Shown: piece by piece, positions 1-8,315 of the stretch
Layout of the letters: every line of letters starts with the position of its first letter
Numbering within the stretch: the first letter of the stretch is position 1
Source: Micromonosporaceae bacterium
GTDB taxonomy: Bacteria; Actinomycetota; Actinomycetes; Mycobacteriales; Micromonosporaceae
Assembly: GCA_036566005.1 (NCBI GenBank)
Contig: DATCXD010000609.1
Location: 1 to 30,061, forward strand
DNA: 30,061 nt
Direction: 5' to 3'
Made by a program: the position numbers and the translations under genes
The notes under the pieces: model-generated
Told to the model about the DNA's origin: nothing
Seen by the model: only the letters and a program-made list of their open reading frames with translations
The model's database searches: none

Positions 1-609
1 GGCCGGCCGGCCACCGGACACGGCCGTCGTCGAAGAGGTCGCGGGTCCGCCCGCCTCGGACGCGCTCCACATCGCCATGTCGTCCGCCATGTCGCCCGAC
101 GGGAAACCGCTGCTGCGCAGCGTTCCGGTGAGGCGACCCGCGGTCAAGGCCTCGGCGGCGTCCGGTTCGGCCAGCGCCGCGTGCAGGATCTCCTCCAGCC
201 CGCGGATCGTTGCCTCATTCGGTCGTATGCCGACCGCTTCCGCGACCTGTCTAGCCTGCCGGACCAGCGACGTCATGAGTTGACGTTGCTCTGTGGACAG
301 CCGGCGCAACTCGTCGCGGTCCAGGGATGCGGTGGCGTCGCGCATCGAGGCGCCGAGGTCGACGAGGGCTCGGACATCGTCGGCGTGCGACCGAGCCAGC
401 TGGTTCGCCAGCCACGCCGCGGCGTTGGGTTTCGCGAGTTTCCCGATCGCCGTCGCCACCTCCCGCGCGCCGGCAGCCCGGGCCGCCTTGGCCCGGTCAT
501 TGCGGGCGGCGACGAACTCATCGGCCGGCAGGGCATAGAGATCATTGGCCACCTTATCGACGGCGTCGGCGGGTTCGCCGTTGCCTCTCGCGCCCGACGT
601 TGGAGCCAC
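1..609 (-). CDS. Conserved actinobacterial hypothetical protein, helical (3' end runs off the window)
   Basis: Not in the ORF track because no stop falls inside the window. I read the frame 609->1 by hand and it is open: GTG-APTSGARGNGEPADAVDKVANDLYALPADEFVAARNDRAKAARAAGAREVATAIGKLAKPNAAAWLANQLAR... RBS GGAAGG lies upstream of GTG 609. The DLYALPxxEFxAARN...LxKPxxAAWLxNQL pattern is familiar from actinobacterial hypothetical proteins. Confidence 0.8.
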   Translation of the reverse strand, partial: MAPTSGARGNGEPADAVDKVANDLYALPADEFVAARNDRAKAARAAGAREVATAIGKLAKPNAAAWLANQLARSHADDVRALVDLGASMRDATASLDRDELRRLSTEQRQLMTSLVRQARQVAEAVGIRPNEATIRGLEEILHAALAEPDAAEALTAGRLTGTLRSSGFPSGDMADDMAMWSASEAGGPATSSTTAVSGGRPA

Positions 610-752
610 GGTTGGTCCTTCCGGTCGCGTTCGCGGTGTCCGTTGGCAGACCGTGTCGTCGCCCGGCCGCCTCACCGCCGCAGCGATAGCGACCAGGGGA
701 TCTCACGGACTGTACCAACGTCGACGCGGTCGCGGTGGGTAGCATGGCGGAC

Positions 753-3131
753 CTACGTCGCGGGATCGGCCGCGGGTATCGCACCCGGGTGGGCGGCTCC
801 GGTCAGCGCCATCGCGCCGCTTGCGACAGCCGATTCGGACGGTTCGATCAGGAGCCTCGTTGCGGCCGCCGCGGTCAATGGCGGTGCGAAGAGGTATCCC
901 TGTCCGAGCCGACAGCCCAACGTGAGGAGCGCGTCACGCTGCTCGGGTTGTTCGATGCCCTCCGCAACCACTTCGAGGTTGAGCGACTTCGCCATCGCGA
1001 GGATCGCGATCACAATGCTGCGATCCGTACCCTCGTCGGCGACGCCGCCGATGAACGATCGGTCGATCTTCAGGGACTCGGCCGGAAACTGTTTGAGATA
1101 GGCCAGGTTGGAGTAGGAGCTGCCGAAATCGTCGAGCGCGAAATGGACGCCGCTGGCGTGGAGGATGCGGGTCACGGGGCCGACGTCGTCGCCGGCATGA
1201 CTGCGCTCGGTGACCTCGAGCCACACGTCGGCCGGATCGACGCCGGTTTGGCGGATGAGCGAGTCGAGATGTCGTGACACGTCGGCCTGCCACAGTTGGG
1301 CCGCGGACAGGTTCACATTGAGGCGAAGGCCGCGCCAGCCGGGCAGGCGTTGCCACGCCGCGAGCTGCCGGCACGCCTGTTCCAGCACCCATGCTCCGAT
1401 CCGTACGATCTCGCCCGTCTCTTCGGCGAGCGGGATGAAAACGTCGGGCGGGATCGGTCCGCGCTCGTGATGGGTCCACCGCAACAGCGCCTCGAAGCCG
1501 ATGGGGCGGCCGGAGTCGAGGTCGATGAGCGGTTGGTAGACGACGTCGAATTCGTCGCGGTCGAGGGCCCGCATCAACTCCGAGCGGATACTGAGCCGAT
1601 CGAGTGAGCGGTGGGATGCGGCGTCGTCGAATACCTCGACCGCACCGCTGCCGCGGGACTTGGCGACGTACATGGCGGCGTCGGCGTCGCGCATCATCGT
1701 CCCGGCCGTCGTCGCGCCGTGGGCGCCGAGGACGCCGCCGATGCTCGCTGAGACAGTCACCCGCTCGTCATTCAGGTCGAACGGTTCGAGCAACGCCTGG
1801 ATCAGCCGGTTGCCGACGTCGCTGACGTCGTCCAGCGTCTCGATCTCGCCGAGAACGACGACGAATTCGTCGCCGCCGAAACGTGCCAGCAGGTCCTTCG
1901 AGCGGAGGGCCTTCTGGAGGCGCGCGGCGACCTGCCGAAGAAGGCGGTCGCCGGCCTCGTGGCCGAGCCGGTCGTTGACCGACTTGAAACCGTCGAGATC
2001 GCAGAACAGCAGGCCGATGAACGGCGCCGATCCCCTCTTCAGCACGTGATCGAGACGCTGCACCGCCAGTTCGCGATTCGCGAGGCCGGTGAGCGGGTCG
2101 CGCGTCGCGCGCCGCCGCAGTTCGTGGTAGAGGCCGGCGTTCTCCAGCGCGGTGGCGAGATAGCTCGCAAAGATCGTCGCGATCTCGATCACCTCGGCAC
2201 CGAACGGTCGCGCTCGATCGCGGGTGGCGTAGAGCAGTGCGATCGGAACGCCGTCGCGCATCACCGGCACGCACGCCACGCTCCGCGGCAGCGGACTCGA
2301 CGATGACGTGACCGTGGTGACCCACGCCTCACCGCCGACGACCGTCGACCATGCGCTCAGATCGGCGACCGGTAGCTCGGTCACCGGCGCGGCGTCGTTC
2401 GGAGCGTTGCCGTGATGCGCCTGTGCGTACGCCACGCCGTCGGAAACGCCGACGATCCAGGCATCGTCCGCGGTCGTCAGCCGCTGTACGAGTTCGGCCG
2501 CGGCGTCCAGCAGGGACTCGGAATCCAGGTGCGGCGCGAGCAGATGGCCCGACTGCGCGAGCCGTTCGATCGCCACGGCACGCTCCCGATCGTCGGCCGC
2601 GATACGCAGCCGGTGCGCAACCGACGACAGCACGTGCAGGTCAGTGCCACTGAACAGTTCGTCGCTGCTGCGGTAGAGCACGAGGAATTCGTCTGGGTTC
2701 TCGGGTGACGTGGACATCGGCACGTACGCGGCCGAACGCAGATCCAAACCGGCGAGGGCGGCCGGCAGGTTGTCGTCGGTCTCGTCGAGCTGGGTCGCCG
2801 CCGCGTTTCCGGTGGCGATGGCCTCAGCGGCGAGTGGACCGATCGGCCAGCCATCTCGGAAGGACGGGTCGTCCTCCGGCAGGCCGGTCGCGGTCGTGAC
2901 GAGGAGACGATCACCCACGACGCTGACAATGCACACCGGGTCGGCATTGAAGGCATCGGACAGCACCGCGAGCGCCTGGTCGAGCAACTCGTCCGGCGCG
3001 GATGGGCTGCTGAGCACGGTGAGCAACCGAATGAGGCGACCCGTGTCGCGGTAGGCGTTGCTCGCGGCCGTCGTGGCCTCGATCAGCTGGACGGTCAGCC
3101 GTGAGACATCGTCGGAGGAGGGCGTTGTCAT
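753..3131 (-). CDS. GAF-GAF-GGDEF-EAL diguanylate cyclase/phosphodiesterase (about 792 aa)
   Basis: GGDEF domain: [20 protein letters not shown]...RFGGDEF, with RxxD I-site (RSKD) five residues upstream. EAL domain: [38 protein letters not shown]. Two GAF-like segments at the N-terminus. Start moved to ATG 3131 (MTTPSS), 7 nt after the FIST stop. Confidence 0.93.
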   Translation of the reverse strand: MTTPSSDDVSRLTVQLIEATTAASNAYRDTGRLIRLLTVLSSPSAPDELLDQALAVLSDAFNADPVCIVSVVGDRLLVTTATGLPEDDPSFRDGWPIGPLAAEAIATGNAAATQLDETDDNLPAALAGLDLRSAAYVPMSTSPENPDEFLVLYRSSDELFSGTDLHVLSSVAHRLRIAADDRERAVAIERLAQSGHLLAPHLDSESLLDAAAELVQRLTTADDAWIVGVSDGVAYAQAHHGNAPNDAAPVTELPVADLSAWSTVVGGEAWVTTVTSSSSPLPRSVACVPVMRDGVPIALLYATRDRARPFGAEVIEIATIFASYLATALENAGLYHELRRRATRDPLTGLANRELAVQRLDHVLKRGSAPFIGLLFCDLDGFKSVNDRLGHEAGDRLLRQVAARLQKALRSKDLLARFGGDEFVVVLGEIETLDDVSDVGNRLIQALLEPFDLNDERVTVSASIGGVLGAHGATTAGTMMRDADAAMYVAKSRGSGAVEVFDDAASHRSLDRLSIRSELMRALDRDEFDVVYQPLIDLDSGRPIGFEALLRWTHHERGPIPPDVFIPLAEETGEIVRIGAWVLEQACRQLAAWQRLPGWRGLRLNVNLSAAQLWQADVSRHLDSLIRQTGVDPADVWLEVTERSHAGDDVGPVTRILHASGVHFALDDFGSSYSNLAYLKQFPAESLKIDRSFIGGVADEGTDRSIVIAILAMAKSLNLEVVAEGIEQPEQRDALLTLGCRLGQGYLFAPPLTAAAATRLLIEPSESAVASGAMALTGAAHPGAIPAADPAT

Positions 3132-3138
3132 CGGCGCA

Positions 3139-4323
3139 TCACAGCGCGACCGCGGTAACAGTGGCGTTGTGGTAACCGGCCACGCTCGTCGTACGGGCGA
3201 ACTCGCCGTACGTGTAGACGCCGAAGATCGGTACGGAGCCGGCCGCCGCCTGCAGCTCCAGGGCCTCATCGTCGCCGCGCTCCTGCAGGACGTCGATGCG
3301 GGCGATGCAGCTGAACACGAGCAGCACGGATGCGTCCCGTCCAGTCACCGAGCGGTGGGCGACGTCCCGACTCGTCGACAACAGGTCCTCGGAGTCGCAG
3401 GACACGATCTGGATGGCCGAGTAGACGGGCAGCGGCGCGAACGTGTGGATCATCTCGTCCGGGCCCATGAACACGCCCCGGATGAGATGCGAGCCGTCCG
3501 GCTCGATGAGCCCGAACGCGTGGGTGGAGTAGAAGCCGCCCTCGCGTATGCGATCGAGTTCCTCCCGGTTGCCTTGGCGGATGTGTTCCTCGTACACGTC
3601 CCGCGCCGGTCGACCGGCGATCTCGTGCACGATCTGCCCGTCGGTCTTCGTGATGAGCAGCGGAAGCCCGATGGGGTGCCAACCGTGACCGACGGTGATC
3701 GGCAGCGGCTCGTCCGAACCGATCCACACCGCGACGGCGGCGTCGCCCAGCACCTGGTCGTTGAAGAAGACGTAGGTGCCACTCAGCCGCCGGTCGTCGC
3801 CCGCGCCGCCGCCGACCACCTGGACGGCGGTACCCGTGACGCGATGCATGCCGCCGATCAGGGCCTGCTGGCCGGCCGACAGGCCATCGACGAAAATCAG
3901 CAGCGTCGCGTGGGGCGTCTGTTCGGCTCCCAGGTCAGCGTGGGCCGATCTGGCCAGTTCCACGCCGGCCGCCTCACTTCCGGCAGAAAGACCTTCGACC
4001 GACGCGAAACCAAACCGGTAAGGACCGGCCGTCATCGCCAGCACGGCCACGCCGCTCGCCGGTCGGGTGAGGTGACCGCCCACGAAGTGGCCGGCGCTCG
4101 TTTCGCCGACCAACGGTGTGTCGCCCGTCACCGCCCGGATCGCGCCGAGCAGCGTCGTGAGGTCGTAACGCACGGACGCGTACACAATGATCATGGCGGC
4201 CTCGCGGCCGCCCAGCCCCGCGATCGCCTCCGCCGCGGCGATTGTGCCTGCCTCGACCGGATCGTCGGCCTCGCTGGTGCCGCTGGCGGCGTGCACCCGC
4301 GTTGGCAGTGTCTGCTGGGTCAC
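3139..4323 (-). CDS. Stand-alone FIST N/C domain signal-transduction protein (NosP-like)
   Basis: FIST motifs [47 protein letters not shown] and [13 protein letters not shown] start with GGGAG RBS. Confidence 0.9.
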   Translation of the reverse strand: MTQQTLPTRVHAASGTSEADDPVEAGTIAAAEAIAGLGGREAAMIIVYASVRYDLTTLLGAIRAVTGDTPLVGETSAGHFVGGHLTRPASGVAVLAMTAGPYRFGFASVEGLSAGSEAAGVELARSAHADLGAEQTPHATLLIFVDGLSAGQQALIGGMHRVTGTAVQVVGGGAGDDRRLSGTYVFFNDQVLGDAAVAVWIGSDEPLPITVGHGWHPIGLPLLITKTDGQIVHEIAGRPARDVYEEHIRQGNREELDRIREGGFYSTHAFGLIEPDGSHLIRGVFMGPDEMIHTFAPLPVYSAIQIVSCDSEDLLSTSRDVAHRSVTGRDASVLLVFSCIARIDVLQERGDDEALELQAAAGSVPIFGVYTYGEFARTTSVAGYHNATVTAVAL

Positions 4324-4366
4324 GGCGTCTCTCCCTCGGGTCGGGTACGCCCGGAATGTGCCATCA

Positions 4367-4372
4367 ATTATA
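4367..4372 (-). promoter_or_regulatory. Perfect -10 hexamer (TATAAT) for the FIST operon
   Basis: ATTATA on the + strand, 43 nt upstream of the FIST start, inside a locally AT-rich patch. No convincing -35 element. Confidence 0.5.
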
Positions 4373-4594
4373 GGAAGCCCGAAATGTATTGCGAGGCCGG
4401 CTCGCGTTACGGCCGGTCACAGCTGGGCCGCGGTTGACAGCATTTCTGCCGTTCGATTGGATATGCGCTCAAGCGTTGCGCCGAACGAGTCGACGTCACC
4501 GACCAGGTGACGCCTCGGCCAGCCAGGCGCCCCTTGCACGGAGCATGACCGTCGCAGCCGGCGGAGCCGTGCGTCGATGCCCCGGGAGACGACG

Positions 4595-5746
4595 ATGACG
4601 GCGCGGCGAGCAACCAGGGTCGCTGCTGCGATCACTTTTCTCGTCGCGATCGCCCTGATCGCCGCGTGCGCGTCGTCCACCGGGCATCAGTCCGCCGTCG
4701 CGGGCTCGTCGGGGGGACAATCGGTGCCACAGACGGTAGTGATGCCGCCGGCGTCGCCGTCGGGTGGTGCGAGCAGCGCGTCGTCGAATCCATCGTCGTC
4801 GACGAGCAAGCCGCCGACGAGCACCGCGGCGAGCCGGCCGCGGGACGCGCTGAGCGGCGAGGGCGCCACCAACCGGGACGCCTGGGCGGCGTGGCGGGGT
4901 CAGCCGGTGCAGATCGACGAAGTGTGGAACGACGCGAAGGCCGGCAACGGAAAAATCACGTGGGCGTCGATGGACGCTCTGACGAGCACGAAGTACGGCT
5001 TCGCCCATGGCAAGTGGAAGGGCGCGATGTCGATCGGGCAGCCGATGTTCGCCGACAACGAGACCGTCCGGCAATGCGCGACATCATCCGAGATCACGAC
5101 CTGGGCGAAGGATCTGAAGAAGGTCTGGCCGTCCGGCTCCGCCTTTATCCGGTTGGGCTGGGAGTTCAACGGCGACTGGTTCCATTGGGGCGTGAAGCCA
5201 GGCGATGCCGCCGCGTTCAAGTCCTGCTGGATCAAGTGGTACACGCTGGTCAAACAGGTGTCCACGAAGTTCGAGCTGGTGTGGAACCCGAACAATCAGA
5301 GCCACGACGCAAAGGTGGACGTGCGCGACTTCTGGCCGGGCAGCGCGTACGTCGACGCGGCCGGACCGGACGCTTACGCGCTCAGCTTCGACGGAAAACT
5401 GATGAACCCCGACCGGAAGGGCCCGAACGGCGAACCCCTGGGCATCAACGCCTGGGTCAACTGGGTCGCCTCGAAGGGCGTGCCGTTTGCCGTTCCGGAG
5501 TGGGCGATCCGGGACGGCGTGGTCTGGGGCTCGACCGATCCGACGTACATCGACCAGATGCGCGCCGCGTTCGTCAAGGCGGCCAAGTCGGCCACCGGTC
5601 TCGCGTACGAGTCGTATTTCGACGGCGGATCCAAATACAGCTGCAACCTCTCCATCCACGACCCGAACTGCGCGGGCGTGCACACGGCGGCGGCCAACCG
5701 CTACCTAGCGTTGTGGAACAAGCCGTATGTGAACTCTCACCCGTAG
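4595..5746 (+). CDS. GH26 glycoside hydrolase lipoprotein (mannanase/lichenase/xylanase-like)
   Basis: Basic N-region, hydrophobic core and lipobox LIAAC, then a Ser/Thr/Pro-rich linker. RLGWEFNGDWF carries the acid/base Glu and VPFAVPEWAI the nucleophile Glu. ATG 4595 follows a GGGAG RBS. Confidence 0.82.
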   Translation: MTARRATRVAAAITFLVAIALIAACASSTGHQSAVAGSSGGQSVPQTVVMPPASPSGGASSASSNPSSSTSKPPTSTAASRPRDALSGEGATNRDAWAAWRGQPVQIDEVWNDAKAGNGKITWASMDALTSTKYGFAHGKWKGAMSIGQPMFADNETVRQCATSSEITTWAKDLKKVWPSGSAFIRLGWEFNGDWFHWGVKPGDAAAFKSCWIKWYTLVKQVSTKFELVWNPNNQSHDAKVDVRDFWPGSAYVDAAGPDAYALSFDGKLMNPDRKGPNGEPLGINAWVNWVASKGVPFAVPEWAIRDGVVWGSTDPTYIDQMRAAFVKAAKSATGLAYESYFDGGSKYSCNLSIHDPNCAGVHTAAANRYLALWNKPYVNSHP

Positions 5747-5835
5747 GTTGCGGTGGTTCGCCGGAGGGCAGCCGGGCGCCGCGGGGCGTTGCGGTAGCGT
5801 CGGGCCGTCGCCCCGACGACCGAGGAGCCGAACCC

Positions 5836-7053
5836 ATGGGTACGAGACCACTGCTGAACCGTCGTCTCGAAGGCATGGGTACGACCATCTTCGCGGAGAT
5901 GTCGGCGCTGGCGGTGGCGACGAAGTCGATCAACCTCGGCCAGGGCTTTCCCGACACCGACGGACCGTCTGAGATCGCCGAGGCGGCCGTCGCCGCGATC
6001 CGTGGCGGCCTCGGCAACCAGTACCCGCCCGGCCCCGGCATCCCCGAGCTACGGAGCGCCGTCGCCGAGCACCAGCAGCGCTTCTACGGCCTCACCTACG
6101 ACCCGGACGCCGAGGTGCTCGTCACCGCCGGCGCGACCGAGGCGATCGCCGCGGCGATGCTGGCGCTGCTCGAGCCCGGGGACGAAGTGATCGCGTTCGA
6201 GCCCTTCTACGACTCGTACGCGGCCTGCATCGCCATGGCCGGCGCCCGCCGCGTGCCGCTGACCCTGCGCGCGCCCACGTTTCGACCCGACATCGACGAG
6301 TTGCGGTCGCTGATCACCCCGCGGACGCGACTGCTGCTGGTGAACTCGCCGCACAATCCGACCGGCATGGTGCTGCGACCCAACGAGGTGGCCGCGATCG
6401 CCGCGCTCGCGATCGAGCACGACCTGCTGGTGGTAACCGACGAGGTGTACGAGCACCTGGTCTTCGCAACCGGGATGGTCTTCGCGAACGGGGTGAGCGC
6501 GGACTTGGCGGCCGCCGCCGGACATCACCCGATCGCGGCACTGCCCGGCATGCGCGAGCGAACCGTCTCGATCTCGTCGGGCGGCAAGACGTTCTCGTTC
6601 ACCGGCTGGAAGGTCGGTTGGGTCACCGGGACGCCGGAACTGGTCGCGGCCGTACGGACGGCGAAGCAATACCTCACGTACGTCAGCGCCGGACCGTTCC
6701 AGTACGCCATCGCCACCGCGCTGACCCTGCCCGACGCCTACTTCACCGACTTTCGAGCCGATCTGCAGGCCAAGCGTGACCTGTTGGCGACCGGCCTGGC
6801 CGACATCGGATTCGATGTGTACGCCCCGGATGGCACGTACTTCATCACGACCGACGTCACGCCGCTCGGGTCGAAGGACGGGATCGAGTTCTGCCAGGCG
6901 CTGCCCGGCCGGTGCGGTGTGGTGGCCATTCCGAACGTGGTCTTCTACGACAACGCGGACGTCGGGCGCAGCCAGGTGAGGTTCACGTTCTGCAAACGCC
7001 GCGAGGTGCTCGAGGCGGCGGTCGACCGCCTACGCAACGGTCTGCTCGGTTAG
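5836..7053 (+). CDS. dapC: PLP-dependent class I/II aminotransferase, N-succinyldiaminopimelate aminotransferase (Rv0858c/DapC)-like
   Basis: TTIFAEMSALA, INLGQGFPD, NQYPPGPG, TAGATEAI, NSPHNPTG, TDEVYEHL, SSGGKTFSFTGWKVGW (PLP Lys) and VRFTFCK. GAGGAG RBS before ATG 5836. The family is certain; the dapC function is inferred. Confidence 0.8.
   Translation: MGTRPLLNRRLEGMGTTIFAEMSALAVATKSINLGQGFPDTDGPSEIAEAAVAAIRGGLGNQYPPGPGIPELRSAVAEHQQRFYGLTYDPDAEVLVTAGATEAIAAAMLALLEPGDEVIAFEPFYDSYAACIAMAGARRVPLTLRAPTFRPDIDELRSLITPRTRLLLVNSPHNPTGMVLRPNEVAAIAALAIEHDLLVVTDEVYEHLVFATGMVFANGVSADLAAAAGHHPIAALPGMRERTVSISSGGKTFSFTGWKVGWVTGTPELVAAVRTAKQYLTYVSAGPFQYAIATALTLPDAYFTDFRADLQAKRDLLATGLADIGFDVYAPDGTYFITTDVTPLGSKDGIEFCQALPGRCGVVAIPNVVFYDNADVGRSQVRFTFCKRREVLEAAVDRLRNGLLG
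6458..6493 (+). repeat. Imperfect 18-nt tandem duplication inside the aminotransferase gene
   Basis: TGGTCTTCGCAACCGGGA / TGGTCTTCGCGAACGGGG (15/18 identical), encoding VFATGM-VFANGV. Confidence 0.6.
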
Positions 7054-7187
7054 GGCGCGCCGCTGCTGTTGCCGTCGACATCGTTGTTGCCGCCGTCGTT
7101 GCCGTCGACATCAACGTTGCCGTCGCCGGCGCTGCCGATCTCGCCGAGAACCAACGCGGCCGCCGGCAAGTCATCGTGCCCCGACAT
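7050..7187 (-). CDS. Putative 45-aa acidic small protein with DVDGN repeats
   Basis: MSGHDDLPAAALVLGEIGSAGDGNVDVDGNDGGNNDVDGNSSGAP. ATG lies 7 nt after the SDR stop, with AAGG upstream. The repeat portion uses almost only C-ending codons (GAC GGC AAC...). Its TAA overlaps the TAG of the convergent aminotransferase. Confidence 0.45.
   Translation of the reverse strand: MSGHDDLPAAALVLGEIGSAGDGNVDVDGNDGGNNDVDGNSSGAP
7068..7125. repeat. Direct repeats of GTTGCCGTCGACATC
   Basis: Exact 15-mer at 7068-7082 and 7098-7112 (30-nt period), plus partial copy GTTGCCGTCG at 7116-7125. Confidence 0.85.
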
Positions 7188-7194
7188 CGCCTTA

Positions 7195-7929
7195 TTACCA
7201 TGCGACTGCGCCGTCGTGGTCGATGAAGGTGCCAGATTCGGCGTCGTCGGGCAGGTTCGCCGCGGCAACGACGATGCGCGCGGCCTCGTCTGGAGTCAGC
7301 GGTGCATGTTCCTTGTTGGCCGGGGTGAGTTCGGTCTGCACGAAGCCTGGACACACCGAAGTGACCTTGATGTCGGTGTCGGCCAGCTTCTTGGCCAGGC
7401 TGATCGTGACGCTGTTCAGCGCTGCCTTCGACGCCTGATAGGCCGGCACGATCATCTGGTAATACGGCGAGTCTGGATCGGCCTGGTTACTCAGCGAACC
7501 CATGGTCGTCGACACGTTCACGATGCGTCCCATCGGGCTGCGTCGCAGCAGCGGCAGGAAAGCCTCGGTGACCGCGACCGGCCCGAACAGGTTGGTGTCG
7601 AAGGTGGCCGCGAACATGGCGGGGTTCGCGAACTCGTGTTCAGTGCCGTCGGTAGCTTCTGGCAGTACGCCGGCGTTGTTGACCAGCACGTCGAGCTGAC
7701 CTTGGTTCTGCGCGACGTGTTTCGCGGCGGCGGCGATGCTGTCCGAAGAGGTGACGTCGAGTTGAATGGGTTGGACGTCCAATCCGGCCTCGCGCAGTTT
7801 CGCCGCCGCCGTCTCGGCGCTCGCCTGGTCGCGGCCAGCGAGCAGCACGCAGGTGCCGTCCTGGGCGAGGGCGCGGGCAGTGGCGAATCCGAGTCCGCGG
7901 TTTGCGCCGGTCACAAGTGCGATGGGCAT
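7195..7929 (-). CDS. Classical SDR oxidoreductase (carbonyl-reductase-like, 244 aa)
   Basis: TGANRGLG, LDVT, NNAG, intact YxxxK (AYQASK) and CPGFVQT. AAAGGAAG RBS before ATG 7929. Confidence 0.93.
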   Translation of the reverse strand: MPIALVTGANRGLGFATARALAQDGTCVLLAGRDQASAETAAAKLREAGLDVQPIQLDVTSSDSIAAAAKHVAQNQGQLDVLVNNAGVLPEATDGTEHEFANPAMFAATFDTNLFGPVAVTEAFLPLLRRSPMGRIVNVSTTMGSLSNQADPDSPYYQMIVPAYQASKAALNSVTISLAKKLADTDIKVTSVCPGFVQTELTPANKEHAPLTPDEAARIVVAAANLPDDAESGTFIDHDGAVAW

Positions 7930-7952
7930 GTGCTTCCTTTCTGACGTGGTGC

Positions 7953-8124
7953 GCCGCGAGCCGGTGCTGTTCCGGCCGCGGCAAACGGATACTTCCGCAA
8001 GGAAGACGCTCGACGGCGTACGAACGTGAGGTCCGTTGGCCGAGGTCTTGCGGACCCCAAGTACACATCTCGCACCGCAAGACCGCTGGCGGGAATCGGA
8101 CGCCGCATTGCGGGCAGTGCGCAA
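7953..8124. other. Cluster of inverted repeats in a 386-nt intergenic region upstream of the SDR
   Basis: GC-rich hairpin 7953-7982; CTTCC-GCAA-GGAAG 7992-8005; 10-bp inverted repeat GGTCTTGCGG (8044-8053) / CCGCAAGACC (8075-8084); CCGCA-T-TGCGG 8103-8113. Confidence 0.5.
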
Positions 8125-8315
8125 AGGCCGCAGCCGGACGTTTGCAGCGCCGACATAAGAGGATCCGCGCGTGCGAAGGATGACAGCAGTCGTGCATCTC
8201 ACTCTTCCGCGCGAACCGAGTTAGGCGCGCCGTGGACGGGGCCGTGGCAACCGAGTGAGCGTTCGCCACGGCGGATGGGGGCAAGGCTTACCCGCGACCG
8301 TTCAGTTGGTCGCGA

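Noticed and set aside
3132-3269. ORF-track N-terminal extension of the DGC/PDE (838 aa), and similar extensions on SDR1, both MDMPI genes, the membrane protein, redoxin, both permeases, GH1 and FadR
   Set aside because: The extensions overlap neighbouring genes or operators and have non-coding composition. Downstream starts have RBS or leaderless signatures and coincide with the start of homology.
3058-4437. 459-aa + strand ORF, and similar long antisense ORFs (181-1101, 7069-7944, 10791-11627, 15940-17232, 19711-20973, 28306-29232)
   Set aside because: They are antisense or out-of-frame shadows of well-supported genes, expected in high-GC DNA, and contain no recognisable motifs.
4434-4439. 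TTGACA upstream of the GH26 gene
   Set aside because: No TANNNT hexamer at 16-18 nt spacing, so it was not called a promoter.
5798-5818. Hairpin CGTCGGG/CCCGACG between GH26 and the aminotransferase (similar short stems at 4494-4512 and 8293-8314)
   Set aside because: These are 7-bp GC stems without U-tracts, common by chance at this GC content, so they were not called terminators.
4666-5835. 795-aa ORF appearing to fuse an Arg-rich N-terminus to the aminotransferase
   Set aside because: The upstream 390 codons are an out-of-frame shadow of the GH26 gene. The aminotransferase has its own GAGGAG RBS and ATG at 5836, where homology starts.
7050-7187. Small ORF as a RiPP precursor
   Set aside because: No RiPP maturases (radical SAM, YcaO, lanthipeptide, lasso or ATP-grasp enzymes), peptidase or dedicated exporter in the window.
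7980-8009. Resemblance to a c-di-GMP-I (GEMM) riboswitch: GGCAAA...GCAA tetraloop...GACGC
   Set aside because: It lacks the AAAGC after GACGC and a recognisable tetraloop-receptor stem, and it lies antisense to the adjacent SDR with no + strand gene downstream. A cmsearch with Rfam RF01051 would settle it; kept only as part of the generic structured-region finding.
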